Virus record (IMG/VR): IMGVR_UViG_3300024269_000002
Length of the DNA stretch: 64,000 bases
Reading direction: 5' to 3' (one strand)
Source: a virus
Taxonomy: Duplodnaviria; Heunggongvirae; Uroviricota; Caudoviricetes
Every line of letters starts with the position of its first letter. Position 1 is the stretch's first letter. This document shows, piece after piece, positions 38,459 through 48,232 of this stretch. The translations under genes and the position numbers were made by a program. The notes under the pieces are model-generated. The model was not told the DNA's origin. It saw nothing but the letters and a program-made list of their open reading frames with translations, and made no database searches.

Positions 38459-39046
38459 ATGAAGATATCAAAACCTCTGTATTACATCCTCAACTGTACT
38501 TGGGGAATTCTGATGACAAGTATTGGTGCTGTTATTGCACTTGTACTTATGATTGCAGGATACAAACCAAAACGACACGCTGGATCAATTTATTTCAATG
38601 TTGGTAAATCGTGGGGTGGTGCAGAACTGGGATTGTTTTTCTTGACTGATGAACACGACACAGAATCGGTTAAGGATCATGAGTTCGGGCATTCTTTACA
38701 GAATTGCTTGTGGGGCCCACTGATGCCGTTTGTAGTTTGCTTGCCTTCTGCTGCAAGATACTGGTTACGAGAATTCCGCACAAGACAGAAAAAAGAAAAT
38801 TTCACATTATCGTTGATGGCAATTTCATGCTGTCTAGTACTTTCATTATCGTTCATTGCAATCTGTTTCCAGCTTGAATGGTTGCTGTGGATTATGATGC
38901 TAGTGTTCTTCTATACAGCCTTTGTTACATACTGGATGTTGAACACAGAAATTCCGAAATATGATAAAGAAACTGTTCCTTATGATGCTGTTTGGTTTGA
39001 AGGGCAAGCCACTGAATGGGGAACTAGAATTGCTAAGGAGTGGTAA
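38459..39046 (+). CDS. Membrane protein with HExGH zincin motif
   Basis: HEFGHSLQ, several TM segments, WFEGQA. Confidence 0.65.
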   Translation: MKISKPLYYILNCTWGILMTSIGAVIALVLMIAGYKPKRHAGSIYFNVGKSWGGAELGLFFLTDEHDTESVKDHEFGHSLQNCLWGPLMPFVVCLPSAARYWLREFRTRQKKENFTLSLMAISCCLVLSLSFIAICFQLEWLLWIMMLVFFYTAFVTYWMLNTEIPKYDKETVPYDAVWFEGQATEWGTRIAKEW

Positions 39047-39048
39047 CT

Positions 39049-39306
39049 ATGAAAAAGATTTATGTTGTACTTGCTGCAGTTGTTCTGCTGATTGCATTAA
39101 CTGTGTCTCTTGCTGCTTGCAGTAATAAACAGATGTTTGACTTCAACCAGAAGTTTGAATATGCTTATGTTTGCTGGCCTGATGGGACTGCAGAGAAACT
39201 GAAAATCCATTCTTGGAAGGATTATGATGGTGAGCAGATTCAGATTACTACGGATGAAGGTACTTACCTGTTTCACTCAGCCAACTGTGTTCTTGCACAC
39301 GAATAA
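39049..39306 (+). CDS. Small lipoprotein
   Basis: MKK-hydrophobic-LAAC lipobox. Confidence 0.7.
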   Translation: MKKIYVVLAAVVLLIALTVSLAACSNKQMFDFNQKFEYAYVCWPDGTAEKLKIHSWKDYDGEQIQITTDEGTYLFHSANCVLAHE

Positions 39307-39317
39307 GGAGGAATAAC

Positions 39318-39680
39318 ATGTTTGATGTTCAACGAGCAGCTGATGTTTTAGTCAAAAATGGTTTTTCAGAAGCGGAGGCTCTTGAAGTTGCTATTGAGAT
39401 TATGAATAAACAGGTATGTCTCGGTAGTCATTTGTACTGTGTAACTCAGTGGGATAAACAGTCTCCTTGGGAAGTTATTGATGCAGTTGTAACAAGAACA
39501 CATGTGACTCGTGTTCTTAAGAAAATCTTCTCTGTTGAAGGTCAGTACGCAAGACAATCTGAGTTCAGATGGTGCTCCCCTTATCATGCAAACTTCACGG
39601 AAAATTCTATTGGAAAGAATGTTTTCTTCACTGAGGCAGAAGCGAAGGTTGTTTGCGACAAGAAAAACAACGAACGGTGA
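39318..39680 (+). CDS. Hypothetical protein
   Basis: AGGAGG RBS; IGKNVFFTEAEA phage motif. Confidence 0.6.
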   Translation: MFDVQRAADVLVKNGFSEAEALEVAIEIMNKQVCLGSHLYCVTQWDKQSPWEVIDAVVTRTHVTRVLKKIFSVEGQYARQSEFRWCSPYHANFTENSIGKNVFFTEAEAKVVCDKKNNER

Positions 39681-39682
39681 CA

Positions 39683-39713
39683 AGTTGATTATTTTACTGT
39701 TATCTATTATAAT
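39683..39713 (+). promoter_or_regulatory. Phage promoter P8 with TACTGTT box
   Basis: TTGATT 39685-39690, TATAAT 39708-39713. Confidence 0.85.
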
Positions 39714-39744
39714 ATAACTATAAAGAATAACAGGAGGGTCAACT

Positions 39745-40320
39745 ATGTATCAATATCTCAATGTTCATCCGAAGGGCCTTATTGTTGGTGACTGTGTTAA
39801 AAGAGCAATTACTACAGCGGCTCAGATGGATTACATGGAAGTTCAGCGAGAGCTGAATCGTTACAAGAAAGTAACTGGAGCACAAAGTTTCAACTCTGAC
39901 TACAACCCTCACAAATATGTAGAAAATGTTCTTCATGCTCGTAAGTTGAGCTTTCCCGCAGAGCGTGGTAAGAAGCGTATGACTGCCGGTGAATTTAGTA
40001 GAACTCACCCGAGTGGGAGATACATACTCAATATGGCAGGTCACTGGAGCTGTTGTGTTGATGGTATTATCTATGATACCTGGGACTGCTCTGAAAAGTG
40101 TGTTTACACTGCTTATCAGATTGTGCCTGTAACAACTGTTGCTACTCCTGATTACAACTATTACACAGTTGAAGGAAATGGTGATTGTTTGTTTACAGTT
40201 CAAATTGTAGACGTTACAAAGGATATAACCAAGACCGTTAGCGTGAGCAAAAATCAGTTAACAGGATACTGTAAATGTTTGATGGATCTTGGATATAAAA
40301 GATTCATAAAGGATTCTTGA
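39745..40320 (+). CDS. Hypothetical protein, possible papain-like Cys-His-Asp fold
   Basis: GDCVKRAI...GHW..C.DG.IYDTWD. Confidence 0.5.
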   Translation: MYQYLNVHPKGLIVGDCVKRAITTAAQMDYMEVQRELNRYKKVTGAQSFNSDYNPHKYVENVLHARKLSFPAERGKKRMTAGEFSRTHPSGRYILNMAGHWSCCVDGIIYDTWDCSEKCVYTAYQIVPVTTVATPDYNYYTVEGNGDCLFTVQIVDVTKDITKTVSVSKNQLTGYCKCLMDLGYKRFIKDS

Positions 40321-40748
40321 TGGATAATTTACATATCAAAGATATTGTCGAGCACTCTCCAGGAGAAACTGTCTGGATCCCCGAACGGTTCGATGCCAGA
40401 GTGTTCTGTGGCAAATGTCATGGTTCGGGAAGACTAACCATTAAAGTAGATGGATTTGACTACTATAGAAGTTGTCCCATCTGTGATGGTAGGAACTGGG
40501 GATTACATTCAAAACAGTACTATGTGTACAATGAATACACGCCTAAGGAAAAAATCATTTCAAAAGTCAATGTTACATTCTCTGAAAATCAAACAGACGT
40601 ACGATACAGCGTTCAGTATGATACTGTTGTAACTTACACTCCAGAGCAAGTGTTCAGATCTAAAGAGTCTTGCAGGAAATTTTGTGAGATTGTTAATCAG
40701 AAGAACAGGAAAGAGGCAGAACAACATGTTTGGAACGTTTCCGATTAG
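40317..40748 (+). CDS. DnaJ-type zinc-finger protein
   Basis: CGKCHGSG...CPICDG. Confidence 0.6.
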   Translation: MMDNLHIKDIVEHSPGETVWIPERFDARVFCGKCHGSGRLTIKVDGFDYYRSCPICDGRNWGLHSKQYYVYNEYTPKEKIISKVNVTFSENQTDVRYSVQYDTVVTYTPEQVFRSKESCRKFCEIVNQKNRKEAEQHVWNVSD

Positions 40749-40929
40749 AATGAAATATACATCAATTCCCGGAAGGCAAGAAGCTACAGTTGCAGTTGAT
40801 GTTTATGAATTTAGAATCATTGAGGATCAGAACGCAGTTGCACTTTGTTGGTTTGTTTATGACAAAAAGTGGGATGTTGTAAGTATTGACCAACTTGTTC
40901 CTGTTAAACAGAAATCTCTAAACGAGTAA
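40726..40929 (+). CDS. Hypothetical protein
   Basis: GAGG RBS before ATG 40726. Confidence 0.5.
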   Translation: MFGTFPIRMKYTSIPGRQEATVAVDVYEFRIIEDQNAVALCWFVYDKKWDVVSIDQLVPVKQKSLNE

Positions 40930-40946
40930 TGAAAGAGGGTATACAT

Positions 40947-41885
40947 ATGAAACCAGTTTTTAGAAAGACAAGTATGTGGATGCGCATTCTGGCATGGATC
41001 TGCGTACTGTTACTTGTAGTTGTGTTTCTTGTACCAGTGTATACAAGTTGTGAAAACATTACAAGCGACATTGTTGAGCCCCCTACAACTGAACCAACTA
41101 TTCCTGAAACGATTCCAACAGAAACTACTGAACCAAAAATTGAATATAGTTTGGTTGATCTTCCAGTACCTCCGGAATACCCTAGTAGAGAGAATCTTGT
41201 TACTATCTATGATGTAGAAGCAGCAATTCAACTTTGTGAAAATTTCTTAGAACAGTGTTCTAATATCAAGTTACAACCAGAAATAGAACATCCTCAAACT
41301 GGAGACCTTATCTATATCATTGAAACAGCAGAGGAATATAGATTTACATATGAAAGTATTCTTGCAGAACATTGGTATAACAGAGAACAAACTCTCCCTG
41401 TTATGACTGAAATCTGGCACTACCTTTCTGAAACTGCAGGTTTCAATCATGCAGTGACTGCAGGTATTATTGGTAACATGAGTGCAGAATCTGGTGGTTG
41501 TGGTTATGGAGATATTGAAGTACATAACTGGGATAACGCAACTGGTAGATCTTACTATGGAATCTGCCAATGGAGCATCAAGTACAATCCTGAAATTGCA
41601 AATACAGATCTTAAGTTTCAGTTAGACTACCTCGTTGATACTTATGATCATGCGTTTACTCACTGGGGATACAACTACTCAAATCGTTATGGATCAAAGT
41701 TCCGTACGGAGCAATTTGTAAACATGAGCGATCCGTATGAGGCTGCAATCGCATTTGCAGTTTGTTATGAACGTTGTGCAAGTAGACACGTCGAGCTTAG
41801 AGGTCCGCTTGCAGATAAGGCGTATGAATATTTTACAGTTTTAGGCTCTTGGCCTTGGCCTGGACCTAATCCTGCTGATACATAA
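40947..41885 (+). CDS. Membrane-anchored lysozyme (phage-tail-lysozyme-like domain)
   Basis: N-terminal TM, PT/E linker, AGIIGNMSAESG, YGICQW, QLDYL, F...YER. Confidence 0.78.
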   Translation: MKPVFRKTSMWMRILAWICVLLLVVVFLVPVYTSCENITSDIVEPPTTEPTIPETIPTETTEPKIEYSLVDLPVPPEYPSRENLVTIYDVEAAIQLCENFLEQCSNIKLQPEIEHPQTGDLIYIIETAEEYRFTYESILAEHWYNREQTLPVMTEIWHYLSETAGFNHAVTAGIIGNMSAESGGCGYGDIEVHNWDNATGRSYYGICQWSIKYNPEIANTDLKFQLDYLVDTYDHAFTHWGYNYSNRYGSKFRTEQFVNMSDPYEAAIAFAVCYERCASRHVELRGPLADKAYEYFTVLGSWPWPGPNPADT

Positions 41886-41895
41886 GGAGGAATGA

Positions 41896-43374
41896 ATGGC
41901 ATATACCGCGTTTATCACTCGATTGAAGAATTTACATAAGCATCCGAATGCCGACAGACTACAGATTGGTGAATGTTTCGGCAACGCCGTTGTAGTCTCT
42001 ATGGAGTATACCGATAATCAACTCGGTATCTATTTCCCTTGTGATGGTAAGTTAAGTGTTGAATTTGCTGAGGCAAATAACTTGCTGCGTAAGAAGGACG
42101 AAAATGGTAACAACATCGGTGGTTACATGGATCCTGAAAAGCGTAATGTTACCGCTCTGAAGCTTCGTGGTGAAAAGTCTGATGGACTGTTTTTACCTCT
42201 TGAAGCACTGAAAGACTTTGGCGACATCACAACACTCACTGAGGGAATGAAGATTGATGTTTGGAATGGACATCTAATCTGTGAAAAGTACATTCCAAGA
42301 AAGCAGAACAGAACTGGAAGTGTTACTGCAGGCAACAGAACTCGTAAGAAGCATGTTCCTACTGCACCGTTGTTCACTGAACATGCAGACACTGAACAGC
42401 TGGCTTACAACCTTGGAGCATTTAAGAATGGAGACTTGATTGAAATTTCTCTAAAGATGCACGGTACTTCTCAGAGAACTGCATATCTTCCTGTGTTCCA
42501 GGGTTACGCATCTCCGTTTCCTTGGGCACGTAGCGTGCTAAAGCACATTGACCCCGACCGTAAGATGAATTGGTTCACCAAGAAACTTTACGATGCAGCT
42601 ATGAAAACAGCAAACCCTGTCTATGATTGGGGTTATGTGAGTGGTACTCGTCGTGTTGTGTTGGATAATTTTGATGGTGGCTTCTATGGTTCCAATGAAT
42701 TCCGTGAACAGCATAGCAAGTTCTTCGAAGGTAAGCTTCTGAAGGGTGAGGAAGTTTACTACGAAGTAGTTGGATTTACTCACACTGGCGCTCCCATCAT
42801 GTCTGCTGCATCTAACAAGAAGCTGAATGATAAAGAATTTGTTAAGCAGTACGGAGACACTACTGTGTTCTCTTATGGTTGTGCACCTGATGGTAAGAAG
42901 ACTATGTATGGTTACGATGAAGAAGGTGCGTTCGCTCTTACTGAAGCATGTCCTCAGTCTGAAATGTATGTTTACAGAATGACTATGACCAATGAGGACG
43001 GCGATGTTGTTGAATACACTCCTGACTACATGCGTTACCGTTGCGAGCAGATGGGTGTTAAGACTGTTCAGGTGTTTGAGAAGTTCTATATTCCTGAAGA
43101 TCAACTGTTACAGAGTTCTGAGGATGGTTCTCCTGTATGGGTACCTGTTACTAACCCTGGTGAGTATGTTCTTGAAAGAGCGGAACGCTACTTTGATGGC
43201 CCTGATCCTGTTGGTAAGACTCATGTTCGTGAGGGTGTTGTTGTTCGCATCATCAATCGTCCTAAGTTCTGTGCATACAAGCACAAGAATTGGTTCTTCA
43301 AAGCTCTTGAAGGTCTTGTAAAAGTCGAAGCTGATGCACCGGATATGGAAGAAGCTCAAGATGCCACTGAGTAA
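41896..43374 (+). CDS. ATP-dependent RNA ligase (Rnl2-like, N-terminal tRNA-binding OB fold)
   Basis: HPNADRL, KLRGEKSDG, motif I KMHGT, REGVVVR, YKHK. Confidence 0.78.
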   Translation: MAYTAFITRLKNLHKHPNADRLQIGECFGNAVVVSMEYTDNQLGIYFPCDGKLSVEFAEANNLLRKKDENGNNIGGYMDPEKRNVTALKLRGEKSDGLFLPLEALKDFGDITTLTEGMKIDVWNGHLICEKYIPRKQNRTGSVTAGNRTRKKHVPTAPLFTEHADTEQLAYNLGAFKNGDLIEISLKMHGTSQRTAYLPVFQGYASPFPWARSVLKHIDPDRKMNWFTKKLYDAAMKTANPVYDWGYVSGTRRVVLDNFDGGFYGSNEFREQHSKFFEGKLLKGEEVYYEVVGFTHTGAPIMSAASNKKLNDKEFVKQYGDTTVFSYGCAPDGKKTMYGYDEEGAFALTEACPQSEMYVYRMTMTNEDGDVVEYTPDYMRYRCEQMGVKTVQVFEKFYIPEDQLLQSSEDGSPVWVPVTNPGEYVLERAERYFDGPDPVGKTHVREGVVVRIINRPKFCAYKHKNWFFKALEGLVKVEADAPDMEEAQDATE

Positions 43375-43597
43375 ACCTGTAACATACATGCCTCGGCGTG
43401 ACTCTCATCCGAACTGGGTAATGCATAATCCAATTCTTCGTGAAGGTGAGCTTGCATATGATTATGACACTAATCAATTTCGGATAGGTGATGGAAAGAG
43501 ACACTGGAGAGATCTACCACCGTTTGAAATGCCAACAAAGTGGTACGGATATTCTCCTGAAGGACAACCAATATTCAGATTCAAAGCTCATGATTAA
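43361..43597 (+). CDS. Stand-alone hyaluronidase/Mtd N-terminal-like domain
   Basis: W...NPILREGE.....TNQFRIGDG...W.DLP. Confidence 0.65.
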   Translation: MPLSKPVTYMPRRDSHPNWVMHNPILREGELAYDYDTNQFRIGDGKRHWRDLPPFEMPTKWYGYSPEGQPIFRFKAHD

Positions 43598-43600
43598 GAT

Positions 43601-43638
43601 AAACTGCGTGTACTTTGTTGTGCACGCAGTTTTTGTTT
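43601..43638 (+). terminator. Rho-independent terminator
   Basis: AAACTGCGTGTAC...GTGCACGCAGTTT then TTGTTT. Confidence 0.8.
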
Positions 43639-43669
43639 AGTTGATTATTCTACAGTTTTATAATATAAT
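43639..43669 (+). promoter_or_regulatory. Phage promoter P9 with TACAGTT box
   Basis: TTGATT 43641-43646, TATAAT 43664-43669. Confidence 0.85.
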
Positions 43670-43697
43670 AGTACTATAACGAATGGAGGTAAGCATT

Positions 43698-43952
43698 ATG
43701 CTGGAACGAGTTAAGGAGATTGTTTTTAGAGTTCGAGAGACCGCCGCAAAAGCTGATTTGCTCTATGTTGTTTGCGTCTGGAAGGGCCCGTTCAACGAAA
43801 TCAATCATCGAGTGGGATACTTTGAATCTTCTACTGAAGCAACTTTCTTTGGTCAGAAGCTGAAAGATTGTTATACCAACAAGTTTCAGCTGCCCTTCAT
43901 CATCTATTCCAATGTTGATCATCTTGACAATGTTGGTAACTTGTTTGACTGA
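43698..43952 (+). CDS. Hypothetical protein
   Basis: GGAGGT RBS before ATG 43698. Confidence 0.6.
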   Translation: MLERVKEIVFRVRETAAKADLLYVVCVWKGPFNEINHRVGYFESSTEATFFGQKLKDCYTNKFQLPFIIYSNVDHLDNVGNLFD

Positions 43953-43964
43953 GGAGGTTTCACT

Positions 43965-44615
43965 ATGAAGAAGTATTCTGTACAAGAAGTTTTTGATCTC
44001 CTTGGTAAGGAAGCTCTGTGTGTTCAAGAAGTGCGCCACGGTAACAGGGCAAGTATTGAGGTTGAAGGGTATCAGGTCCATCAGAAGTCTCTCAGATATG
44101 CAACATTCTATCAGAAAGGACTGAAATGTGCATGTTGCGGGAAGGAAGGTTCATACTTCTTGCTTGAGCCGGATCGTACAGGAGCGGCTGCAGCTACTCG
44201 ACGACATTTCAATCTGTATGCTGAGGACGGCACTCTGATGACTAAGGATCATATCCGTCCTAAGAAATGGGGTGGTCAGGATGTGGTCGATAATCTCCAG
44301 ACCATGTGTGAACCTTGTAACAGAAACAAGGGCTGTCAGTTCAACGAAGAAGTTGATTGCATTGTTGGTACAAAAATAACTAACGGTGAAGAGATTGTGT
44401 GCTTCAATATTGAGGATGCAGTTTATCAAGCGTGTATTCTTACTGGGGCTATGTCGAAGAACAAGAAGCCTGGTAAGCTGACCAAGCAAGTAATTCACAT
44501 TGCCCTTCGTATGAGGGATGTAGTCGATACTGATCAAACATACGCAGGTTGTTACTGGAAGACCTGCAAACGAAAGATGGAAGGAGTTTCCTATGAGGGA
44601 CCTAACTCTAGATGA
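43965..44615 (+). CDS. HNH endonuclease
   Basis: CACCG...TKDHIRP...GG.D..DNLQTMC..CN..K. Confidence 0.85.
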   Translation: MKKYSVQEVFDLLGKEALCVQEVRHGNRASIEVEGYQVHQKSLRYATFYQKGLKCACCGKEGSYFLLEPDRTGAAAATRRHFNLYAEDGTLMTKDHIRPKKWGGQDVVDNLQTMCEPCNRNKGCQFNEEVDCIVGTKITNGEEIVCFNIEDAVYQACILTGAMSKNKKPGKLTKQVIHIALRMRDVVDTDQTYAGCYWKTCKRKMEGVSYEGPNSR

Positions 44616-45444
44616 CGTAATCTTTTCGAGACTTAAGAGTGATTACGACTACTGCGTAGCACAAGGTTATGAAGTAGTTGGTGTATTTCTTTTTGGTTCT
44701 CAGAACTACAATATGCATACTCCTGAATCTGATGTTGATGTTAAGGCAATGGTTATTCCAAACATCAATGATTTAGTATGGGGTAATACAGAAATAGCAA
44801 AGAAAGTGGTTCGTGACAACGGAGAACTTGTAATCTATGATATCGCGTCCATACATAAGAGCATCAAGAAACAGTCTATCAACTTTGTTGAGATTTTGTT
44901 TACTGAGTACAAGATACTGAATCCTCAGTATGCACATCTATATGCTCCGATGTTTACTCATCGCGAGAGTATTGCAGATTTGAACACTTTCAAAGCTGTT
45001 CATTGCACTTTGAGTATGGCAAGAAATAAGCACAAGATGCTGTTTGCCGAATTGCCTTCCAATGCTTCCAGAGTACAGAAGGCTGGTTACGACTACAAAG
45101 CATTTGCAGAAATTTTACGGATGGAAGATTTTCTTGCTACAAGAATTTCTGGATTGCCGTATGGCATCAGTTTGATTTCCAACAATGTGAACTATCTCAG
45201 AAAGATCAAGATGCACGAACTTGATTTCCCGTTAGAGCAAGTTCGTGCATGTGCTGATAAAGCACTTGAACATATGTCAAAAAGAGTAGACACATTTGAT
45301 GAAGTCTACGGAGAGAACATCAATGAGCCGATGGTTCAATTAGTTGATGAAGTAACAAAAAACATTATTCTTCGATACATAAAGACAGAGGTAGATAGAT
45401 ATGACGGAGCTGATAGTACTGATTGGCCTGCCTGGTGCAGGTAA
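44593..45444 (+). CDS. Pol-beta-superfamily nucleotidyltransferase
   Basis: FGSQNY....ESDVDVK, N..EILFT. Confidence 0.8.
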   Translation: MRDLTLDDVIFSRLKSDYDYCVAQGYEVVGVFLFGSQNYNMHTPESDVDVKAMVIPNINDLVWGNTEIAKKVVRDNGELVIYDIASIHKSIKKQSINFVEILFTEYKILNPQYAHLYAPMFTHRESIADLNTFKAVHCTLSMARNKHKMLFAELPSNASRVQKAGYDYKAFAEILRMEDFLATRISGLPYGISLISNNVNYLRKIKMHELDFPLEQVRACADKALEHMSKRVDTFDEVYGENINEPMVQLVDEVTKNIILRYIKTEVDRYDGADSTDWPAWCR

Positions 45445-46279
45445 GTCAACTCTTGGTAAGAAGTACATAGAAAATCAAGTATGTAAAGGCAACCTGTTCT
45501 GGACTTGTTGCTCTTCAGACAAGACACGCAGAATGCTTTGGGGTGATGAACGCATTCAAGGCAAGCCTGATACTGTTTTCCGCAACTTACATGCAGATGT
45601 TGAAAGACATCTTCAGAAGGGAACTAATGTTGTCTATGATGCAACAAATGTTTCTCGCAAGAATCGTAAACAGATCATTCAACTCGGCAAGAAGTATGAC
45701 TGTGTTATTAGAGCAGTTGTTGCTTGGGCTCCTGTAGAAGTTTGTATCGAACGTGATGCAGCTCGTGAAAGAACAGTTGGTTCTGGAGTCATCATGAAGA
45801 TGTTGAAGCGCTTTGAGGTTCCTTACTTTGATGAGGGATTCAATACAATCGATGTGTACAATACTGTTGAGGATTTCGATGAAGTTGCTTACAACAATAA
45901 GCTTCTGGAAGATATGAAAATCTCTCACGATAATCCTCATCATACATATGACGTATATGAGCACTGTGTTGCTGCAGAGAGTGTTGCCAAAAGGCTCTAC
46001 TCTTCTGTAATCGCAGAAGCAGCTAAGTATCATGATTGTGGTAAACCGTTGGCTAAGTTCTTCAAAGAAGGAGAAACTACAGCTCACTACTACAATCACG
46101 ATAACATTGGTGGCTACTTAGCTCTGGGTTTGAAGAAGTTCACATTTGTTCTCCTTATTCCGTGGCTGATTTCCAATCATATGCAGCCGTTCTTCAATTC
46201 TAACTATTACAGAACGCTCGAAGACTGCCTCAGAATTCCTCTTGATCAACTTCATGATTGTGATCTGAGTGCTCACTAA
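45401..46279 (+). CDS. Polynucleotide-kinase-like P-loop fused to HD domain
   Basis: LIGLPGAGKST, YDATN...R, NPHH...H, YHDCGK. Confidence 0.82.
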   Translation: MTELIVLIGLPGAGKSTLGKKYIENQVCKGNLFWTCCSSDKTRRMLWGDERIQGKPDTVFRNLHADVERHLQKGTNVVYDATNVSRKNRKQIIQLGKKYDCVIRAVVAWAPVEVCIERDAARERTVGSGVIMKMLKRFEVPYFDEGFNTIDVYNTVEDFDEVAYNNKLLEDMKISHDNPHHTYDVYEHCVAAESVAKRLYSSVIAEAAKYHDCGKPLAKFFKEGETTAHYYNHDNIGGYLALGLKKFTFVLLIPWLISNHMQPFFNSNYYRTLEDCLRIPLDQLHDCDLSAH

Positions 46280-46295
46280 CAAACTGTTATTTTAC

Positions 46296-46326
46296 AGTTG
46301 ATTAATCAACAATCTCATAATATAAT
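46296..46326 (+). promoter_or_regulatory. Phage promoter P10
   Basis: TTGATT 46298-46303, TATAAT 46321-46326; AACTGTT 46282-46288 and TACAGTT 46293-46299. Confidence 0.85.
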
Positions 46327-46361
46327 ATTAGTGTAAATAAAGAGCACAGGAGATGTTGATT

Positions 46362-47018
46362 ATGTTGAAGTTCAAAGCATTCATGGAGTACATTGATGAG
46401 TATCGTCAGGTGAGAGAAAATCAGCTTTTTGCTGCAATGAGAGCACGTGAAGACTGGATGAATACTGCCCGGTCTCAAGTCAAGTCTCAGCGCCTTATCA
46501 ACATTGTTCCTGAAGAGTATCGTAGAGGTTTCGGATGCTACAGCTTGTGGGATGTCTCTGATAGAGCTCAGTTTGTTGAAACTGACCGCTATGTTGCAGT
46601 TCTCGATGTTTACACGATTGACAGCAAAGATTACAAAGTTGTTCTTGCTGTTGATGCAAGGGATGCTCGAGGTTATGACCGTTGGAGACTGAAAGACAAG
46701 GCTGTCGAAGAGCTTGATGAGCACAAGAAGTTCTTGAATGATCGGAAGATCAGCAAGACCGATTATGCTCAAGTAGAAGGCAGATCTACTCACTGGTGCA
46801 TGGGACGAGCAATCAAAGATGCTGAGAATCATCGCAAGTCCATTGAACAGAAAGTTCAGAAGATCGTCGGCGATGTTACTGAAATTCTGGAAGATGTTGA
46901 TGGTTGGTATCTGAATGGAAGCAACGGAAAGCGCTGCCATATGTGGTTTATCTACGCAGGCGGCTATAACATTCAGTGCTTGCACACTCGTTGTTTAGTT
47001 AAGGAAGTTAAACTGTAA
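46362..47018 (+). CDS. Hypothetical phage protein
   Basis: C-terminal AGGYNIQCLH.R motif; GGAG RBS. Confidence 0.65.
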   Translation: MLKFKAFMEYIDEYRQVRENQLFAAMRAREDWMNTARSQVKSQRLINIVPEEYRRGFGCYSLWDVSDRAQFVETDRYVAVLDVYTIDSKDYKVVLAVDARDARGYDRWRLKDKAVEELDEHKKFLNDRKISKTDYAQVEGRSTHWCMGRAIKDAENHRKSIEQKVQKIVGDVTEILEDVDGWYLNGSNGKRCHMWFIYAGGYNIQCLHTRCLVKEVKL

Positions 47019-47031
47019 AGGAGCAACATTC

Positions 47032-47244
47032 ATGTTTGATGCACGCATTCCGTACGCAGGATCCTCTCTTCAGCAACTTGAAGAAAAACTCAGAGTTGTA
47101 AAACGGTTGATCAGTCAAGTTGGGTCCATGACTAAACCATCTAACTTTACATATATCGACTGTTATGATCTTTCCACAGAGTTGGAAACTTTGAAACGCT
47201 GTATTGAAGCAGCAATTGAAAGGAAGCGCCATGAACAAGAATAA
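47032..47244 (+). CDS. Hypothetical protein
   Basis: AAGGAG RBS. Confidence 0.55.
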   Translation: MFDARIPYAGSSLQQLEEKLRVVKRLISQVGSMTKPSNFTYIDCYDLSTELETLKRCIEAAIERKRHEQE

Positions 47245-47371
47245 TGTTGTCAAATGTACTGCAATGATTGTTGCAGGAATTATTGCAGTAGTTGCTATGT
47301 TAACCGATCCTGCAAACGGCATTCTTGCAATCGGTCTGTTTGCAGTCATTGCGTTTGTGCTCTGCATGTAG
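47231..47371 (+). CDS. 46-aa two-TM membrane peptide (not in ORF track)
   Basis: MNKNNVVKCTAMIVAGIIAVVAMLTDPANGILAIGLFAVIAFVLCM; AAGGA RBS; fills the gap between genes. Confidence 0.55.
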   Translation: MNKNNVVKCTAMIVAGIIAVVAMLTDPANGILAIGLFAVIAFVLCM

Positions 47372-47383
47372 GAGGTATGCCGA

Positions 47384-47920
47384 ATGCGCAAAGTTGACGG
47401 TGTAAATCGAATATTTGTATATCTTCCTGATTGGGGAAATGACTACAAGTGGTGGGTCTGGAATGTAGATCGGATGCGCTTGTCTAACTACAATCACGGT
47501 GGATTTGATATAGACGAAAATGCTCAGTACTGGGCCACAGCCGAGAAACATCCTGAAATCTTATCTTGGCATGATCTGTACAATCAAACTGGGTATAATC
47601 CACTAGAGTCACATATTGGTGCGTTCAATACCTGGATTTCTCCGGATGGTGAGTTCTGGGAGGGTGAAGCACACATGGTGGCAGCAAAGAAGATTGCTGA
47701 AATCTACTATGGATACTATACTGATGATTATTCCGGAGAGTGTGAGGCTTATCTCCTTGCTCACGGTTGGTTGAAAGCTACTAAGAGTGCAATGTGGCCT
47801 TATTACCTGAAAGATAATGAAGACCGAGCTTGGATTACAACTTCTAAAGCATTTCTTAGTTTGATTGAGTACTGTGAACTTCATAATCTTAAGATTCCAA
47901 TGAATATCAAGTATCTGTAA
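47384..47920 (+). CDS. Hypothetical protein (W.SPDG.F...H family)
   Basis: AGGAGGT RBS; motif shared with 52356..52712. Confidence 0.6.
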   Translation: MRKVDGVNRIFVYLPDWGNDYKWWVWNVDRMRLSNYNHGGFDIDENAQYWATAEKHPEILSWHDLYNQTGYNPLESHIGAFNTWISPDGEFWEGEAHMVAAKKIAEIYYGYYTDDYSGECEAYLLAHGWLKATKSAMWPYYLKDNEDRAWITTSKAFLSLIEYCELHNLKIPMNIKYL

Positions 47921-47942
47921 AATAACTGTTTCTATCTTAACA

Positions 47943-47973
47943 AGTTGAATATCTACTGAATTTACATTACAAT
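47943..47973 (+). promoter_or_regulatory. Phage promoter P11
   Basis: TTGAAT 47945-47950, TACAAT 47968-47973; AACTGTT at 47924. Confidence 0.8.
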
Positions 47974-48004
47974 ATGTATGTAAATAGTTGAGGAGGCGCA
48001 AGTT

Positions 48005-48217
48005 ATGAACGATCATACTGTATTCAAGTTCACGATGTTTTTCGATGGTGATTTCCGACCCGAGGATCGTCAGGAGCGTTATGTCGTAGCCAAGACTGAG
48101 GATGAAGCTATTGAGAAATTCAACAAGTATCTTCAGCATCAAGCTGCTAACGGCTTTGCAAAGCCCACTGCTTACAGCTATTATCCCACTGTTGAAATTG
48201 ATTATGTAATTGTTTGA
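48005..48217 (+). CDS. Hypothetical protein
   Basis: GAGGAGG RBS. Confidence 0.65.
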   Translation: MNDHTVFKFTMFFDGDFRPEDRQERYVVAKTEDEAIEKFNKYLQHQAANGFAKPTAYSYYPTVEIDYVIV

Positions 48218-48232
48218 TTGGAGGCCATTAAC

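Noticed and set aside
43965-44615. HNH gene as intron-encoded homing element
   Set aside because: Free-standing with its own RBS; flanking genes are not interrupted
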